Source: Phoronis australis (taxonomy: Eukaryota > Animalia > Phoronida). Taken from it: 63,643 nucleotides of DNA. The notes beneath the pieces were generated by a model. It worked only from the letters and a program-made list of their open reading frames with translations. It was not told the DNA's origin and did no database searches. Made by a program: the position numbers and the translations under genes. The first letter of the stretch is position 1; each line of letters starts with the position of its first letter. Below are positions 40,996 to 53,907 of this stretch, piece after piece. The DNA is taken from NCBI GenBank assembly GCA_002633005.1, contig NMRA01000599.1, forward strand, positions 186,001 through 249,643, in the 5' to 3' direction.

Positions 40996-41003
40996 TGTGA
41001 AGA

Positions 41004-42695
41004 GAGAGAGATAGAGAGAGAAAGAGAGAGAGANNNNNNNNNNNNNNNNNNNNNNNNNNNNNNNNNNNNNNNNNNNNNNNNNNNNNNNNNNNNNNNNNNN
41101 NNNNNNNNNNNNNNNNNNNNNNNNNNNNNNNNNNNNNNNNNNNNNNNNNNNNNNNNNNNNNNNNNNNNNNNNNNNNNNNNNNNNNNNNNNNNNNNNNNNN
41201 NNNNNNNNNNNNNNNNNNNNNNNNNNNNNNNNNNNNNNNNNNNNNNNNNNNNNNNNNNNNNNNNNNNNNNNNNNNNNNNNNNNNNNNNNNNNNNNNNNNN
41301 NNNNNNNNNNNNNNNNNNNNNNNNNNNNNNNNNNNNNNNNNNNNNNNNNNNNNNNNNNNNNNNNNNNNNNNNNNNNNNNNNNNNNNNNNNNNNNNNNNNN
41401 NNNNNNNNNNNNNNNNNNNNNNNNNNNNNNNNNNNNNNNNNNNNNNNNNNNNNNNNNNNNNNNNNNNNNNNNNNNNNNNNNNNNNNNNNNNNNNNNNNNN
41501 NNNNNNNNNNNNNNNNNNNNNNNNNNNNNNNNNNNNNNNNNNNNNNNNNNNNNNNNNNNNNNNNNNNNNNNNNNNNNNNNNNNNNNNNNNNNNNNNNNNN
41601 NNNNNNNNNNNNNNNNNNNNNNNNNNNNNNNNNNNNNNNNNNNNNNNNNNNNNNNNNNNNNNNNNNNNNNNNNNNNNNNNNNNNNNNNNNNNNNNNNNNN
41701 NNNNNNNNNNNNNNNNNNNNNNNNNNNNNNNNNNNNNNNNNNNNNNNNNNNNNNNNNNNNNNNNNNNNNNNNNNNNNNNNNNNNNNNNNNNNNNNNNNNN
41801 NNNNNNNNNNNNNNNNNNNNNNNNNNNNNNNNNNNNNNNNNNNNNNNNNNNNNNNNNNNNNNNNNNNNNNNNNNNNNNNNNNNNNNNNNNNNNNNNNNNN
41901 NNNNNNNNNNNNNNNNNNNNNNNNNNNNNNNNNNNNNNNNNNNNNNNNNNNNNNNNNNNNNNNNNNNNNNNNNNNNNNNNNNNNNNNNNNNNNNNNNNNN
42001 NNNNGGTTGTTTATTGCACTTGGAGCTAAGCTCATTTGTACATATTACATTGCAACATTTGGTATAGGTGGCAATTTCATGTCCGGGTATTCAATACATA
42101 AATACATACTTACACGTTACAATGTTAGAGTTTCCTGTCTAATACCATAAGCCTTTAATATAAATAAGGACAGTCTTTTCAAAAGATTTCCAGAGTTTGT
42201 TTTGAATAAGTTTTTGACGTTTTCGATGCCAGTATGCTGTCGGGATATTTCTGGTAAAAAAATCATTCTAATGTCGTTAGGTACGGGGCAGTTAAGTAAT
42301 AAGTGTATTTCGTTTTCAATTTCTGAACGGTTGCAAATTTCGAAAAGTCTATCTTCCTTTGGAATGTCATGGTGCCAACCAGTTTTTATTTTCAGTTGGT
42401 GTTCAGAGCATCTGAATTTGGCTAGAATTCTACGTAGAGTTGGTGGTAGACTGTAAAGATATCCTTCACAAGATAAATCTGTTTTGATAATAGAGTAAAA
42501 TGAGCACTTGCTAGAGCTCTGCACTGATGTCCTCCATTTTTGGGCACCACAATCCAACAATCTTTGCTTAAATTCTGATATAAATAAATCAATGTTACCC
42601 GGTCCATTTATCCATACCTCCCCAAACCCGTATCTGAATGAAATATCTTTAACTGCACTGGCCCAATTTGCTCGTCCTTTTTCACAGTCTTCCCG
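41004..42695 (-). mobile_element. 5'-truncated LINE (RTEX-like) inserted antisense between gag and protease; spans the gap
   Basis: ORF 42117-42560(-) has KFRCSEHQLKIKTG...C..EIENEIHLLLNCP C-terminal zinc-finger-like motif; 3' UTR with AATAAA runs into the gap; (CT)n tail emerges at 41004-41033. Confidence 0.75.
41034..42004. other. Assembly gap (N run)
   Basis: Run of N. Confidence 1.
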
Positions 42696-45535
42696 TTCTG
42701 CAAAGCAATGAACATAGTGAAAACACTTTGCGATGAACCCGGTACTTGCAAAGATTGCAACGGTGACTTCGACATCAGTGAAGTCAAGTCAGGAAAAGAA
42801 AATTGTGTCAAACGAGATGGGCAGATCAGAGTCATCTCCACAAAGCAGGTTATTGAAGACGCCAAGGATGTTTTTACAGGAGTTGGGAAACTGAAGGACT
42901 ATAAGTATAAAATTCAGATAGATGATACTGTCCCACCAGTGGTATGCCCTCCAAGAAGAGTACCACCTGCTGTCAAAAACAACTTCTGATGGAACTCAAC
43001 CGTATGGAAGAGCTTGGAATTATCAAGAAGCAGCAGGAAGCCACGCTCTGGGTAAACAGCCTAGTGTGTACCCCAACACCGAACGGCCAGCTAAGGGTGT
43101 GTCTTGATCCTAAACCGTTAAACAGGGCTGTGAAAAGACCCCACCATTACACTCCTACCTTGGAGGAAGTAATAACGCAGCTAAATGGGTGCAGGTATTT
43201 CTCGGCACTAGATCAGTCATGTGGATACTGGAATATTGAGATCCATCCACAGAGTGTTCCCTTGCTTACATTTAACAGTCCCTGATGATATCTTGATTGC
43301 AACACAGACGAGACGTGATCATGACATTGCCCTGAATCACGTCATTCCGCGCTGCAGAGAGTCAGGATTCCGGTTGAATCCGATGAAAGTAAAGATACTT
43401 CCGGCAGAGATTTGTTACTTTGGCCACGTACTTATACCAGAAGTCGTTACGCCAGATCCTAAAAAGTTGGATGCTAATGGGAGAATAGCACCTCCTGACA
43501 ACAAGCTTGAATTACAGTCCTTGGCTGCTTTACGTACCTTGGCAAATTTATCCCTAACTTGTCTGCTAAGACTTATGAGCTAAGACGACTGTTGAAAAAA
43601 GACAACGATTTCACGTGGACCGATCAACACACACAGATGCTGAATAGCTTGAAAGAATGTGTCCTTAAAGCGGAGACCCTCCGGTATTTTGATCCAGCTA
43701 AGGAGATAACAATTGAATGCGATGCCTCACTAAAGGGAATGGGAGCTTGTTTGACTCAAGAGGGCAGGTCAATTAATTTTGCATCAAGAAGCCTGGCAGA
43801 TGCAGAAACCAGGTATTCAAATATATATAGAAAGAGAGAGCTGCTGGGCGTTGTGTGGACAGTCTTGCATTACAAGCAGTATGTCTACGGACAAAAGTTT
43901 ACAGTCCACACAGACCACCAGCCGTTAAAAGCTATCTTCAAGAAAGACATTCACAGCATACCCCCACGGCTGCAACGTATGAACCGAATGTTGCAAGGGT
44001 ATGAGATAGAAGTTGTTTATAAGAAAGGAAGTGAGATGCATGTCCCAGATTGTTTGTCAAGGTGTGTTCCGCTTAGACCCAAGCAAGTGCCAGTTTTACC
44101 AGATATCACCACCATTGGAATTCTTGAGGTGAACACTACGACTGGATCAGACATTCAAAAGATACGAGCTGAAACTTCCAAAGACCCAGTTTTGATGGCA
44201 TTGTTGTCATTTATTAAAAAAGGGTGGCCCGAGCATAAGAACCAAATGCCAGACCAAACCATGGCTTACTGGAATTACAGACATGATTTAGCATGAATAA
44301 ATGGGGTTTTAATCCGAGGATGCAGGATAGTTATTCCCCAAATAATGAGAGGATACTTCTTGAAGAGACTACATCGAGCACAGCAAGGAGTGCAGAAAAC
44401 CATTGAGAGCCCGAGAAAAGTTCTTCTGGCCTGGTATGATGGAACAGATAAAGCAAATGATTCTTACTTGCCCAGAATGTCTGGAAAATCAACCAAAGCA
44501 AAAAGCCAATACAGTCATCCCCGTTACGACTACCATGCCCATGCAGATCGTAGGACTGGATGTTTTCCATCACAAACAGAAGACATATTCGTGCATTGTC
44601 GACTATCACACAGGTTTTCCTTGGATATATAAGGCACTTGAAAACTCAAGATGCAGCCAGCATCGTGGAGCACGTAAAAGAGACATGCAACGAGTTCGGG
44701 TATCCAACACAGATTGTTAGTGACCAAGGCACGCAGTATATGAGTGAAATGTTCCAGGAAATGTGTATGCAGTATAACATTACCCACACGCCTGCTACAC
44801 CCCACTCACAGTGGCAGAATGGTAGATGCGAGAGAACGTTAGGAAAGTTAAAATTACTCATGGAGAAGTCAAAGAATGATGACATGGCAATAGACGATAT
44901 TTTTTGATAATACGAGATACCCCGATCAGCCAGAGCATCCCTTCCCCGTTTGAGCTGATGTTCTACAGGAAAGTCAAAACAGACTTGACATGCATTCCCT
45001 TATACATGTTGGATACAGCTCTTTCTGAACAGGCTGGTCAGCGTTCAGTCCTATACGCTGAAGCGAAGACCAAGTCGACTGAGAAGCGGTCCCTGTCCGC
45101 TAGAGGAAAGCCAACCCGTGTCATTCCTCAAGAACCCCTCAGATCGGCCTAATAAGTGGTCACGCGGGGTTGTGACATCTGTGGATGGGGAAAGGTCATA
45201 CGCGGTCCTAGACAGTCAGCCTGGAGGAGAATACCAAAAAGAGGGTGCACATAAAACCAGTGTCAGAGGTCCCGTTACAAGATCCCCTAGAGGAGCCGAG
45301 GGAGGCGACTAGAAAATCTAACAACCGCGACAACAAAGCTGTACCTGTTGCTAAACCTTCAGCAGATGTTCCGTTACAGGACCCCGCAGAGGGGACGTGG
45401 GACACCGCTAGAGCACTTGATAATATAATCGCGACAACGAAGTCACACCTCTTGCTGAACCCTCAGCCCGTCCTAGGCGAGAGATTAGATTTCCTGAGCG
45501 TTACAAGGATTTTGTTCTTAATTCGAAACACTTAG
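42696..45535 (+). pseudogene. pol: Gypsy pol (RT-RNase H-integrase) with many frameshifts and deletions
   Basis: LRVCLDPKPLN, FSALD..GYW, DDILI (RT core between TFNSP and DD deleted), CDAS..G.GACL, RELL, TDHQPL, integrase H..C..C, SDQGTQY, NGRCER. Confidence 0.92.
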
Positions 45536-45596
45536 ACGTTTTGTACACCATTGTAGTTCATTAGTTTTTTAGTTCTTGTTTTGTTAAGAGGGGAGG

Positions 45597-47088
45597 TGTC
45601 GCATACCCGATATTGAACATCACGTTCACGATGACGCGTTTTAGCAGAACGCTCTCTGATTTGGAATGTTATGTTTGTAGTTAAATATACTCGGGTACCC
45701 AATGGTCGTCTCCTATAGCATGAAACCGGCTTGTTGTCGAACTTACCCAATTATTCCACTTCAAAGTTATGCTCTGAATGAGATTTGATTTAACTCTCAC
45801 AAATATATAGTATTCGTTGATTCAAAAGCTTTCTTTTATTTATGCCGAGGTGTTTGAACTGTGCATTGCTTTTCGGCAGCCATTTTATAATGACTCCTAT
45901 GGTCGTCATATGCTGCTGCCTTTTGAAGGAACAGAAAACCACACAGAAAAAGGCCAAGAAAATAGTGGAAAGTGGTTTACAACAATTCTAGTTCAACCAC
46001 ACACTATTTTACTGGCATGATATCAATTTTTAAATCGATTAAAGTTGATTCAGAATTTCAGTTCTGGAAAATAAATCGTCATTTTTGTTTTATTCCAGAT
46101 AGACCTTACTTATTTTCTATTCGTGACCTCTTTATTTGACTTTTTGCTCTTGTTGTTCTCAATACCACTTACCTATGCTGTCTGTCTTTTTCTTTCCAGT
46201 TTTTCTTCATTCTCTTTTAACATCTTGTCAGCCAAAACAGAAGTGTAACCCTTTGACACTTGGTCGGCGGATGTTGATCATTGAGCCTCGATGCAGTTGT
46301 TCTAACAAATTACCCAATATCATGTTGCTTGATTTTTTCTTACCTTCAACAGACTTCTGCATAAATGAATAAATAAATAAATACCCAAGTTGCATTTGCA
46401 TTTTATTGCTCAACCTCTTCTTTTATTTTTAGTCATGCTGTGTTGTATGTAACAATGCAATATAGTGAAATAAAGTTAATGTTTTACTTTATTGTTAACC
46501 ACTCTCTATCAGTTCAAGTATTTTAATTTTCTTCAAATAAATCCAAAATGCCTGAACCAAAAAGTTCAACGTAAATGTTGAGCTCAGAACTGTGTTTTGC
46601 AATAAAAAAACAAGTGGACAATATCATAATTTTGATGACCAAGGCGTGGGCCGAAAGTGTTAAGTACCCAGCTTGTTGCATTTGTCTGCTGCGTTTTTCC
46701 TTTGACCTAACAGGTGTCGGTTGGTGCCTGGGACAAATGGATACATTGCATAAACAATAACTGGGTTGGTTTTTGTTCCGTCTGAAGAAAATTCAATTTC
46801 GAAAATATCTTCTGAAAATGAACAAAAAAGTGCATTAGTAAAATCTACAAGTTTTTAAGTGGTCTCAAAAAACAGTCGATAAATGCACCGATTTTCGTCT
46901 CAGTTCTTCCATGCGTGTTTCTCCCGAGAGGTTAGTACCTAACGGGAAGACGAGCACTCTAGATTGGAACGTGGCTGCGCTGCACGTGAAAGAAGATGGC
47001 GGAAGACCATTGGAGCCTGACGACGATAGGTATCCCGACTATATAAGTGGAATACATTTATTAATATGTCTTTTATCTTAATTTTACA
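45597..47088 (+). repeat. 3' LTR (45597-45689 plus 47044-47088), split by a 1.35-kb insertion
   Basis: Follows polypurine tract AAGAGGGGAGG; both halves align to the 5' LTR. Confidence 0.9.
45690..47039. mobile_element. Non-coding DNA-transposon-like insertion with imperfect TIRs and TA/TATA flanks
   Basis: Absent from the 5' LTR; ends CTCGGGTACCCAATGGTCGTC / GACGACGATAGGTATCCCGAC; TATA at 45686-45689 and 47040-47043. Confidence 0.75.
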
Positions 47089-47107
47089 CAAACTATACGA
47101 TATTTTG

Positions 47108-47169
47108 CATGGGCGGTGCACCATAAGGCCGGGCTGGGGGGGGGGNACTCCAATGGTGCGCCGCCCATG
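47108..47169. mobile_element. MITE ends (CATGGGCGGTGCACCAT...ATGGTGCGCCGCCCATG) collapsed around an N
   Basis: Inverted repeat around the N at 47147; related element at 17161-17232. Confidence 0.55.
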
Positions 47170-47963
47170 TCTCGGCGGCGTCTTCCCGGACGCCATGAAG
47201 TACCCTCGTTTCACCGATCGGCTGCCGGAATTCAGGAGAGGTCCCCTCAGGTACGAATCTGCCCGCAATCATGATAGCCCGCCGAATCGCCACTGACACC
47301 AGTCTAGTATGACGACGTCTCATAGTTAACAGCTGCCCGGCCGTCACACTCCCTGCAATTAACCGCCCCCACTCGCCGAGAGCTACTACAACCCCTGATT
47401 GCAATACACGGTGAATTAAGGCGTGCCCCTTAATTTGTGCGGCCGGGCCGGGGCGGGCTCAGTACTGAGGCCGCCTGCCGAGGAGGCTGCCGGAGCCGAA
47501 ATGAAGGCCGCGCCCCGGCTTCGCCGGCATTTTAATTGTGTTGCTAATACTCTCAGCAAACAGGCGTTGTGTAACCAAGCCCAAACATGAAATGCTGATC
47601 CGTACCCCACCAAACCGCCGAGTTCAACGCGGCGCCCGCCAGTCACTGGGACATGTAACCTGGTTCCCGGGCCTCACAAGATGACGTCACGGATAACTTG
47701 TGAAGGCCCAGGTACAGGGCATTTTCACGAAAGACGTCGCTCTAGTCGGTTGGCCACACGCAGTGTTGGCGTACGTAGTAAATGAGGTACAGGGCACTAG
47801 AACGATGGTTTTCATTCAGTCAGCTGGCAATTTTTAACCAGGAAGTTGACGTGCGCATGCTTATATCCGGTAATACGTTATCAGGTCGCTAGGTGTCGCG
47901 AGAGTAAAAGTTAATTTTGGGTTGCGTTTGCGGTCGAACACTCTGTTGAGGTAGCTGTTTATA

Positions 47964-48029
47964 TAGGCAATGATCATCACCTCTGTTGGCCTGACCAGTC
48001 AGGCCAACAGAGGCGATGGTCATTGCCTA
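47964..48029. mobile_element. 66-bp hairpin MITE (TAG...CTA) with 9-bp TSD
   Basis: Near-perfect palindrome flanked by CTGTTTATA (47955-47963, 48030-48038). Confidence 0.82.
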
Positions 48030-48190
48030 CTGTTTATATTGTTATTTTATCAACAAAGTGAGCTGAAATTCACGTAATTATCGATTCCTTATTATGAAAA
48101 TAAATTTGAATTAACAATGGCTTCACTCTTTTCACTTGGCTTTTTCAGTTTCAAAATTGAACGCTTTTTATGAATTGAAAACGTCTCTTG

Positions 48191-48345
48191 CAGGGGCGGA
48201 TCGCGGATTTTGAGTTGGGGGGAGGGGGCAGGGGTATTTTGACCATCAGACATTCACACCCCAAACTGCCAAATTGAATCTGGGAGAAGTTTAGGCAGGG
48301 CCATGGCCCTCTTGCTGCCCCCCCACCCCCCTAAATCCGTCACTG
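48191..48345. mobile_element. Harbinger-like MITE, same family as 18756-18910
   Basis: CAGGGGCGGATC...ATCCGTCACTG with shared interior. Confidence 0.7.
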
Positions 48346-51300
48346 TACAGTGTTACAGTAGACACAGTATTCACTCCCTTGAACACCACAATTTTCGACC
48401 CTTCAGGTAGCCACTATTCTCGAGCTATACCCCTCCCCACGTTGCCATAATTTTTCTTCCCATTTCCCTCTTTGAGGTGCATGGGACCCCACACAACTTG
48501 AGGGTTCTAAGCCATTCAGATCATCTTGGGTATATTCGGAGCATTAAAGTTCTCCTTTAAGGTGAATTTAACCTGCGTGACTTTCAAATTTAGTGAAGAA
48601 TGATTGGCCATAATGACCAAAAGTTCGAGCATGCACTGAAAACAATTACTTCCAAGGACATCCAGAACAACTCGGGTGTTTTCATAACCTCAAATTTCAC
48701 CTAACAGGTGAACGCTTCCTGCATATGTGCGGACTTCAGTTAGCCTATTATTCTCAAGACTGAAAATCACGTGACTTGCCATATTTTGGATAACGTTCAT
48801 CTTCGAGAGGATATTTTAGGCTACGAAAATACCCGAAGTATTTCAAAGAAAAATTTGTAAATAGGAAAATAGCCGAAGTGCTCTAGATGTTCCGAGGGTA
48901 AATTTGTAGCTACAAAAATACCCGAGAGGTGTCCCAAATGGGCCCTAAGCTTTAGTTTTATGATTAATCTGGTACTAGAAGAATTTCTGCCCATTTAGAC
49001 AGTGACTTAAAAAACATTAGGGTTGTAGTCCGAGGTTTGAAGTTCAATAATAATGTAGCCTAATGTTTCAAATGCACAATCTTTTCATAAAGGTTAATGC
49101 TAACAACTGAATCCTTTCATGGTAATTCTTAAACAGCTGTCTTTTTCACCCATTAAGCTTGGAAGAAGTCGGCTCAGAGATTCCTGTTATCAAAAATGGG
49201 TCTGGGGTCCAAAGTTTTAAAAATACAGTTATCATATTAAAACCCCTTCTGCAGTAGAAAAAAGATACCATTTGCAGTGTTTTTAACTTCCAGAGTGAAA
49301 CCTGTTGTATTCATGGAAAAAGTTTGCTTTTTTCAAGCACCATTTTGAAGAGAATTGTTCGAGAAAAACCACCCAGCTAGGTGTCATGTCCGGTATAAAC
49401 CTGTGGGAGTATCCCCTGGAATGGTTTTAGGAGGGTACTCTGAAAGCCCAAGGATGGTGAAATGAGCCCTATCCCTATATACCTAACAAAGTGGGTTGAA
49501 CATCATGGAAAACACAAGTGCAATTGTTGTTTTCAGAATGCGCTTATCAGATGGTGTCTTCTGGCTTCCAGATTTCCTTCAAATTAAATTCCCTAAAGTT
49601 GCTTTGAATGCGTCTTGTGTGAAAAAGAATAAATTTTGATCTGAACAACTTACCACTATATACAAGAATTGGAATGACTAAAAGAAGAAAATTTTCCAAG
49701 TGATCTATCATTTCACAAATAGGCTTGTGAGATAGAAATATTTTTTGTGTTGTAAAATTTAACTGAAATAAATGTTTTTGCATGAATCAAGTCAAAATAA
49801 TGATAAAAAGAAGCTGGAAATCATAAGAGGAAATGAAAACAAAAATAGGAAATCCTCTTAAAAGAGGAAAATTCCAAGCCCTGTATATATCCCTGTCTCA
49901 ACTGGTTCCTTAGTGGACTTGGAAGAATTCAAACTTTGTTATTGCTCAAAGCCATGGTTATTGCACCAAGCAATAACAAACTATCAGTTCAACGGAAGCC
50001 AATATGCCACGTGTAATCTCAGTAAGGAACAGTACGAGATCAAGAGTCTAACCACGAGCACACACGTGAAGATTGACACTGGACACTAGTATCCAAATCC
50101 AACTGCTGGACATGCCAATCTTCATTTGAGCAATTGTGATTAGATTTACTAGCTACTATTTTGGTCAAAAAAACATTGTTAGTACAAGACCAATCTTATA
50201 TTGTTACATGGTGATTCTAAAAAGAGTTGGATTAATAGCAGCTTGAAAAATAGTACACTTTGTGTATAAGGAACTTATAACGGGTTCATTTTTTCAATAC
50301 AGTTTATTACAGATGTTTTCTTATTCTCCACCATGTATTTAAATGCTTTTTGGGCTAAACAGATTCTAGCCCAGTCTTGTATGGATTCATTTAAAACCCT
50401 GAAAAGGGATTATGTGATCATGTTTTGGAATACACCTCTAGAGTGAAGCTTTCAATCCAAATCAAACTCGAAATTGTTTTTGTCACTTCTAGTCCACTTT
50501 CTTGTGAGTTCAAGATAGTACTTAATGACCACTAGATTCGAACTAAAATTTGAGTAAAAACTTAAGATTTCTAGTAAAACCTCGAACTCAGACTCAAACT
50601 TTTAGCTCTAATGCTGGGATCATTAATTGCCATCAATAAGCACTCAAATATAGAATAAAAGACACTTATCTCGAGTTCAAACAAAAGTTGAATAGAAAAT
50701 AACAAAAAATCTTGAGTAAAAAGTTGAAACCCTGGGCCCAGGTGTTACTTTCATAATGGTCTATGCTTTCACAAGGCAGTGAATGTGCAACTTGAGTGGA
50801 AGTCGGGTCTTTAATAACCTATTCCCCCAGCACCACTGGTGTAGTCAGAATTATTCAACAGAGGTTCCCAAACTTGAAATTGCTGGCGACCAATGATTGT
50901 GACTGTAATGTGAGGCAACCTGGAGGCACTGCATGAACAAGGGACAGGGGAGCTAGGCAAGCACAAAACTGAAATGAGTTTCTATCAGGGAAGGGTCTGC
51001 AATGAAGAGGGTGTAGTCTTGTTGTGCGCCCTATGGCTATGTTAATGCCCAGACTTAGTACTTCAGTCTATCTTTAAACTAGACCATATTTCTAATCAAT
51101 ACATCAGAAAAAATAAAGTTCCCAATGTTAGACAAATTTTCTAGCATGTTGTGCGTTTTGTAGCTTATGAGTGTAATATTTCTAGGAACACATTAATGAT
51201 GTCACGGTTTTTAATTTTGAGTCAACGTGAGGGTGTTTGCCAGTGAGAATGTTCTCAAGCATTTCACACTGCCCAACTCTTGCCACGAGGAGGCCCCCTC

Positions 51301-51794
51301 ACTAAGAGTCAAATTTGTAATTTTGAAAAGACCAAAATGTTGACTAAAATTACTGCTGAATTATGTAGATCATAACCACAAGAATGACACACTAGCATGT
51401 TGCTCAAAACACTGAGCAAAGCATAATGGTAATAGTCACATACAGGGGACCTCCACTTTGAGAATCAGTGTTTTCTACTGCATAACAAGAACCAGTTTTT
51501 CACTGAATAGCAGGCGTTAAAACTTGTTCTCAAAATGCGGATTGCCAGTGAGTGACTATTGCCTGGATAACAATCCAACCCACCTAACACACAAGAAACC
51601 GTCGATTTGGGTTAAGTGACCCAACTTAAAATCTTTGAAGTGTACCCTGATCTCCCAATTTTGAAATGTGAGATTTTTTTGCAGCTAGTCATTTCAACCA
51701 ACCATGTTTTTAAAGTTTGCTTGCTTAGAAAGTCTAACTCCAGGATGCTTTGATTACAGTGAACCATAGTAGTTTCTAAATGTTTTAGAATGGT

Positions 51795-52631
51795 TCGGTG
51801 TACTTAAACGTCTAGGCAAATTTCTTAATGTCCGTACCCTTAAGACCCTTTACCATTGTATTATTCAGCCTCATATTGATTATTGTTTACCGGTTTGGGG
51901 GCACACTAGTGACACACTTGTAAACAAAGTCCAAGTAATCCAAAATAGAGCCGCCAGGGCTATCCTGGGTACTAAAATTAGGGACACTAGGGTTGACGAC
52001 TTGTACTCCAAGCTGGGATTTATGAAAGTAAGACAAAGAAATAAATATCTCTCTGCCTGTTGTATATACAGATGTATCAATGGCTTGGCTCCAGCATATC
52101 TCAGCAGTAAATTCAATAGCAGTCAGGCTGTTTATTCTACACGTTCTTCTGTTGCTGGCAATGTTTCTTCTAAAAAAATTAAAACCGAGACTGGCAAGAG
52201 ATCTTTTATCTATGCAGCTGCTATAATATGGAATTCTTTTAGCCCAGAAATTAAACGGTCCAACTCAATTACTACCTTTAAAGTTAATGTTAAAAAGTGG
52301 CTGTAATTTACTTAACCTTTTATACCCTGCCTATCTTAATCATGTCATTTTTTCATTGTCGTAAATACTCTCATTGTCTAGAGTCATCTCTTAATTTATT
52401 TCATCTGTCTTAGTTAACTTTTTACCATTATTTGTCATTTAGTTATTGTCTTAATTCTCAACCTTAAATGTTTTAATTGTATCTTTGTTACGTATATTTC
52501 ATTGTTGTTTTATTACTTCATTGTATTATATAAATGTTTTTCTTGTTGAGGGCCCTCTTGGAAAGCTGTGCTATCACTGAAGAGGCCACCCTCATTTCAC
52601 ATATCACAATAATAAATAAATAAATAAATAA
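51795..52631 (+). mobile_element. 5'-truncated CR1/L2-group LINE 3' end
   Basis: ORF2 tail (LYHCIIQPHIDYCLPVWG...IQNRAARAI...GLAPAYL...RSFIYAAAIIWNS), 3' stem-loop GAGGG...CCCTC and (TAAA)n tail. Confidence 0.85.
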
Positions 52632-53907
52632 GGTTTTGCAATTAGACTGAATATAATAGATGATTGTTGCAAACTGCAACACTTGACTGTCTTGACATCA
52701 TGTGAACGTGGAAAGCAAAAAAAATGAAACAGTCGACGAGTTGGGGTCCAGGAGAGAGACGACATTTGCATAGATTGCATATGACCAAATGTGCCCCTCT
52801 GACCAGTGACTCAGGCATTGCAAAAGTCACCATGAACGGGCAAATTTCCAGATAAATTCCACACAAAAATATTTACTTTTAGGTTCAAACTGTATAAAAT
52901 GATCCATTTTTGCACCAAAACCACTGAATGTTTCATATACAACTGAGGCTTCTTGTGTTAAAAAGAATACAGTCCAGCTTTTTGCTGAAATTCAATTCAC
53001 TGTAAATAATAACATTGCATAATTTATTTATGTTATCAGAAAAGTTGACTATTCCATTGAGGCTCTAACCAAAATGTGCCAACTCACAAAAGGTTTTATC
53101 ATGCTGATTAATCCTCATTTCACAGCAACAAACACCCTCCGAAATAATTGAACACTCCGCACGACTGTACGATGGCAGTCATTGCTGAATGGCACCGCCA
53201 AAAGTGATAATGTCTGTTGAGTGTTGACAGTGTTGTTGTGGGTGGCCTAGTTTCCTCCACAAATTATTTCGTAAAAAGTCACATCACTTCAGAATCCAGC
53301 CTAGTATACAAGATAATTATCATAAAATGTTTCGTATACGTTACTGGTGATGTATTCCTTAACTCGTTAGCTTTGAAATGCGGGAGTTTGATGAAAACAG
53401 AGAGATTTAAACGGCTGTAAATCCACCGACATTCTTTTTCTGGAAATCGCCATGTTGGTGAACTAGTTTGACCTATTATGCAACTGACCAATAGAATGCC
53501 TTGTTTCTTGAAATCGGAACAGCCAATGATATTCCAAGAATGCGGATGGAAAAGTGTCCTGTATCAGACCCCAACCAATCTCGTGTGTCTGTGCAGGAGA
53601 CTATGGGACACGGCCCAAAAAACAGGAAATTCAATTTGCTTTGTTCATCTCACAACAGGTAGCACCACATGATTTGTTTTTATCGGACGGTTAGTCATCG
53701 GTAAAATCGGTCATTGGCGTCATTTTAAGTTGTTTACGCAGTAGGTAAAACGCTGCTGCTGAAACAGCCAGACCTAACATGCTAAGTGCTGCATAGATTT
53801 GCCGTGACATTTCTCTCAAACTCTCAAGTTTTATCAGCTTGGAAGGTTTGACTGTTGACTTGAGTCCCGACCGTGCTGAAGTAGCGAGTTGTTTTCATTT
53901 GATCAGC

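Larger units (their letters stand above)
39751..47088 (+). mobile_element. Full-length degenerate Ty3/Gypsy LTR retrotransposon (Mag-like) with nested insertions
   Basis: TG...CA ends; 5-bp TSD CAAAC (39746-39750, 47089-47093); LTRs of ~140-150 bp; PBS; polypurine tract 45586-45596; gag zinc knuckle, then RT, RNase H and integrase in Gypsy order. Confidence 0.93.

Noticed and set aside
40956-42035. 359-aa ORF in the track
   Set aside because: Almost entirely N gap plus (AG)n.
53839-53907. Longer ITIH N-terminus from the ORF track
   Set aside because: Starts at TTG; the signal peptide begins at ATG 53908.
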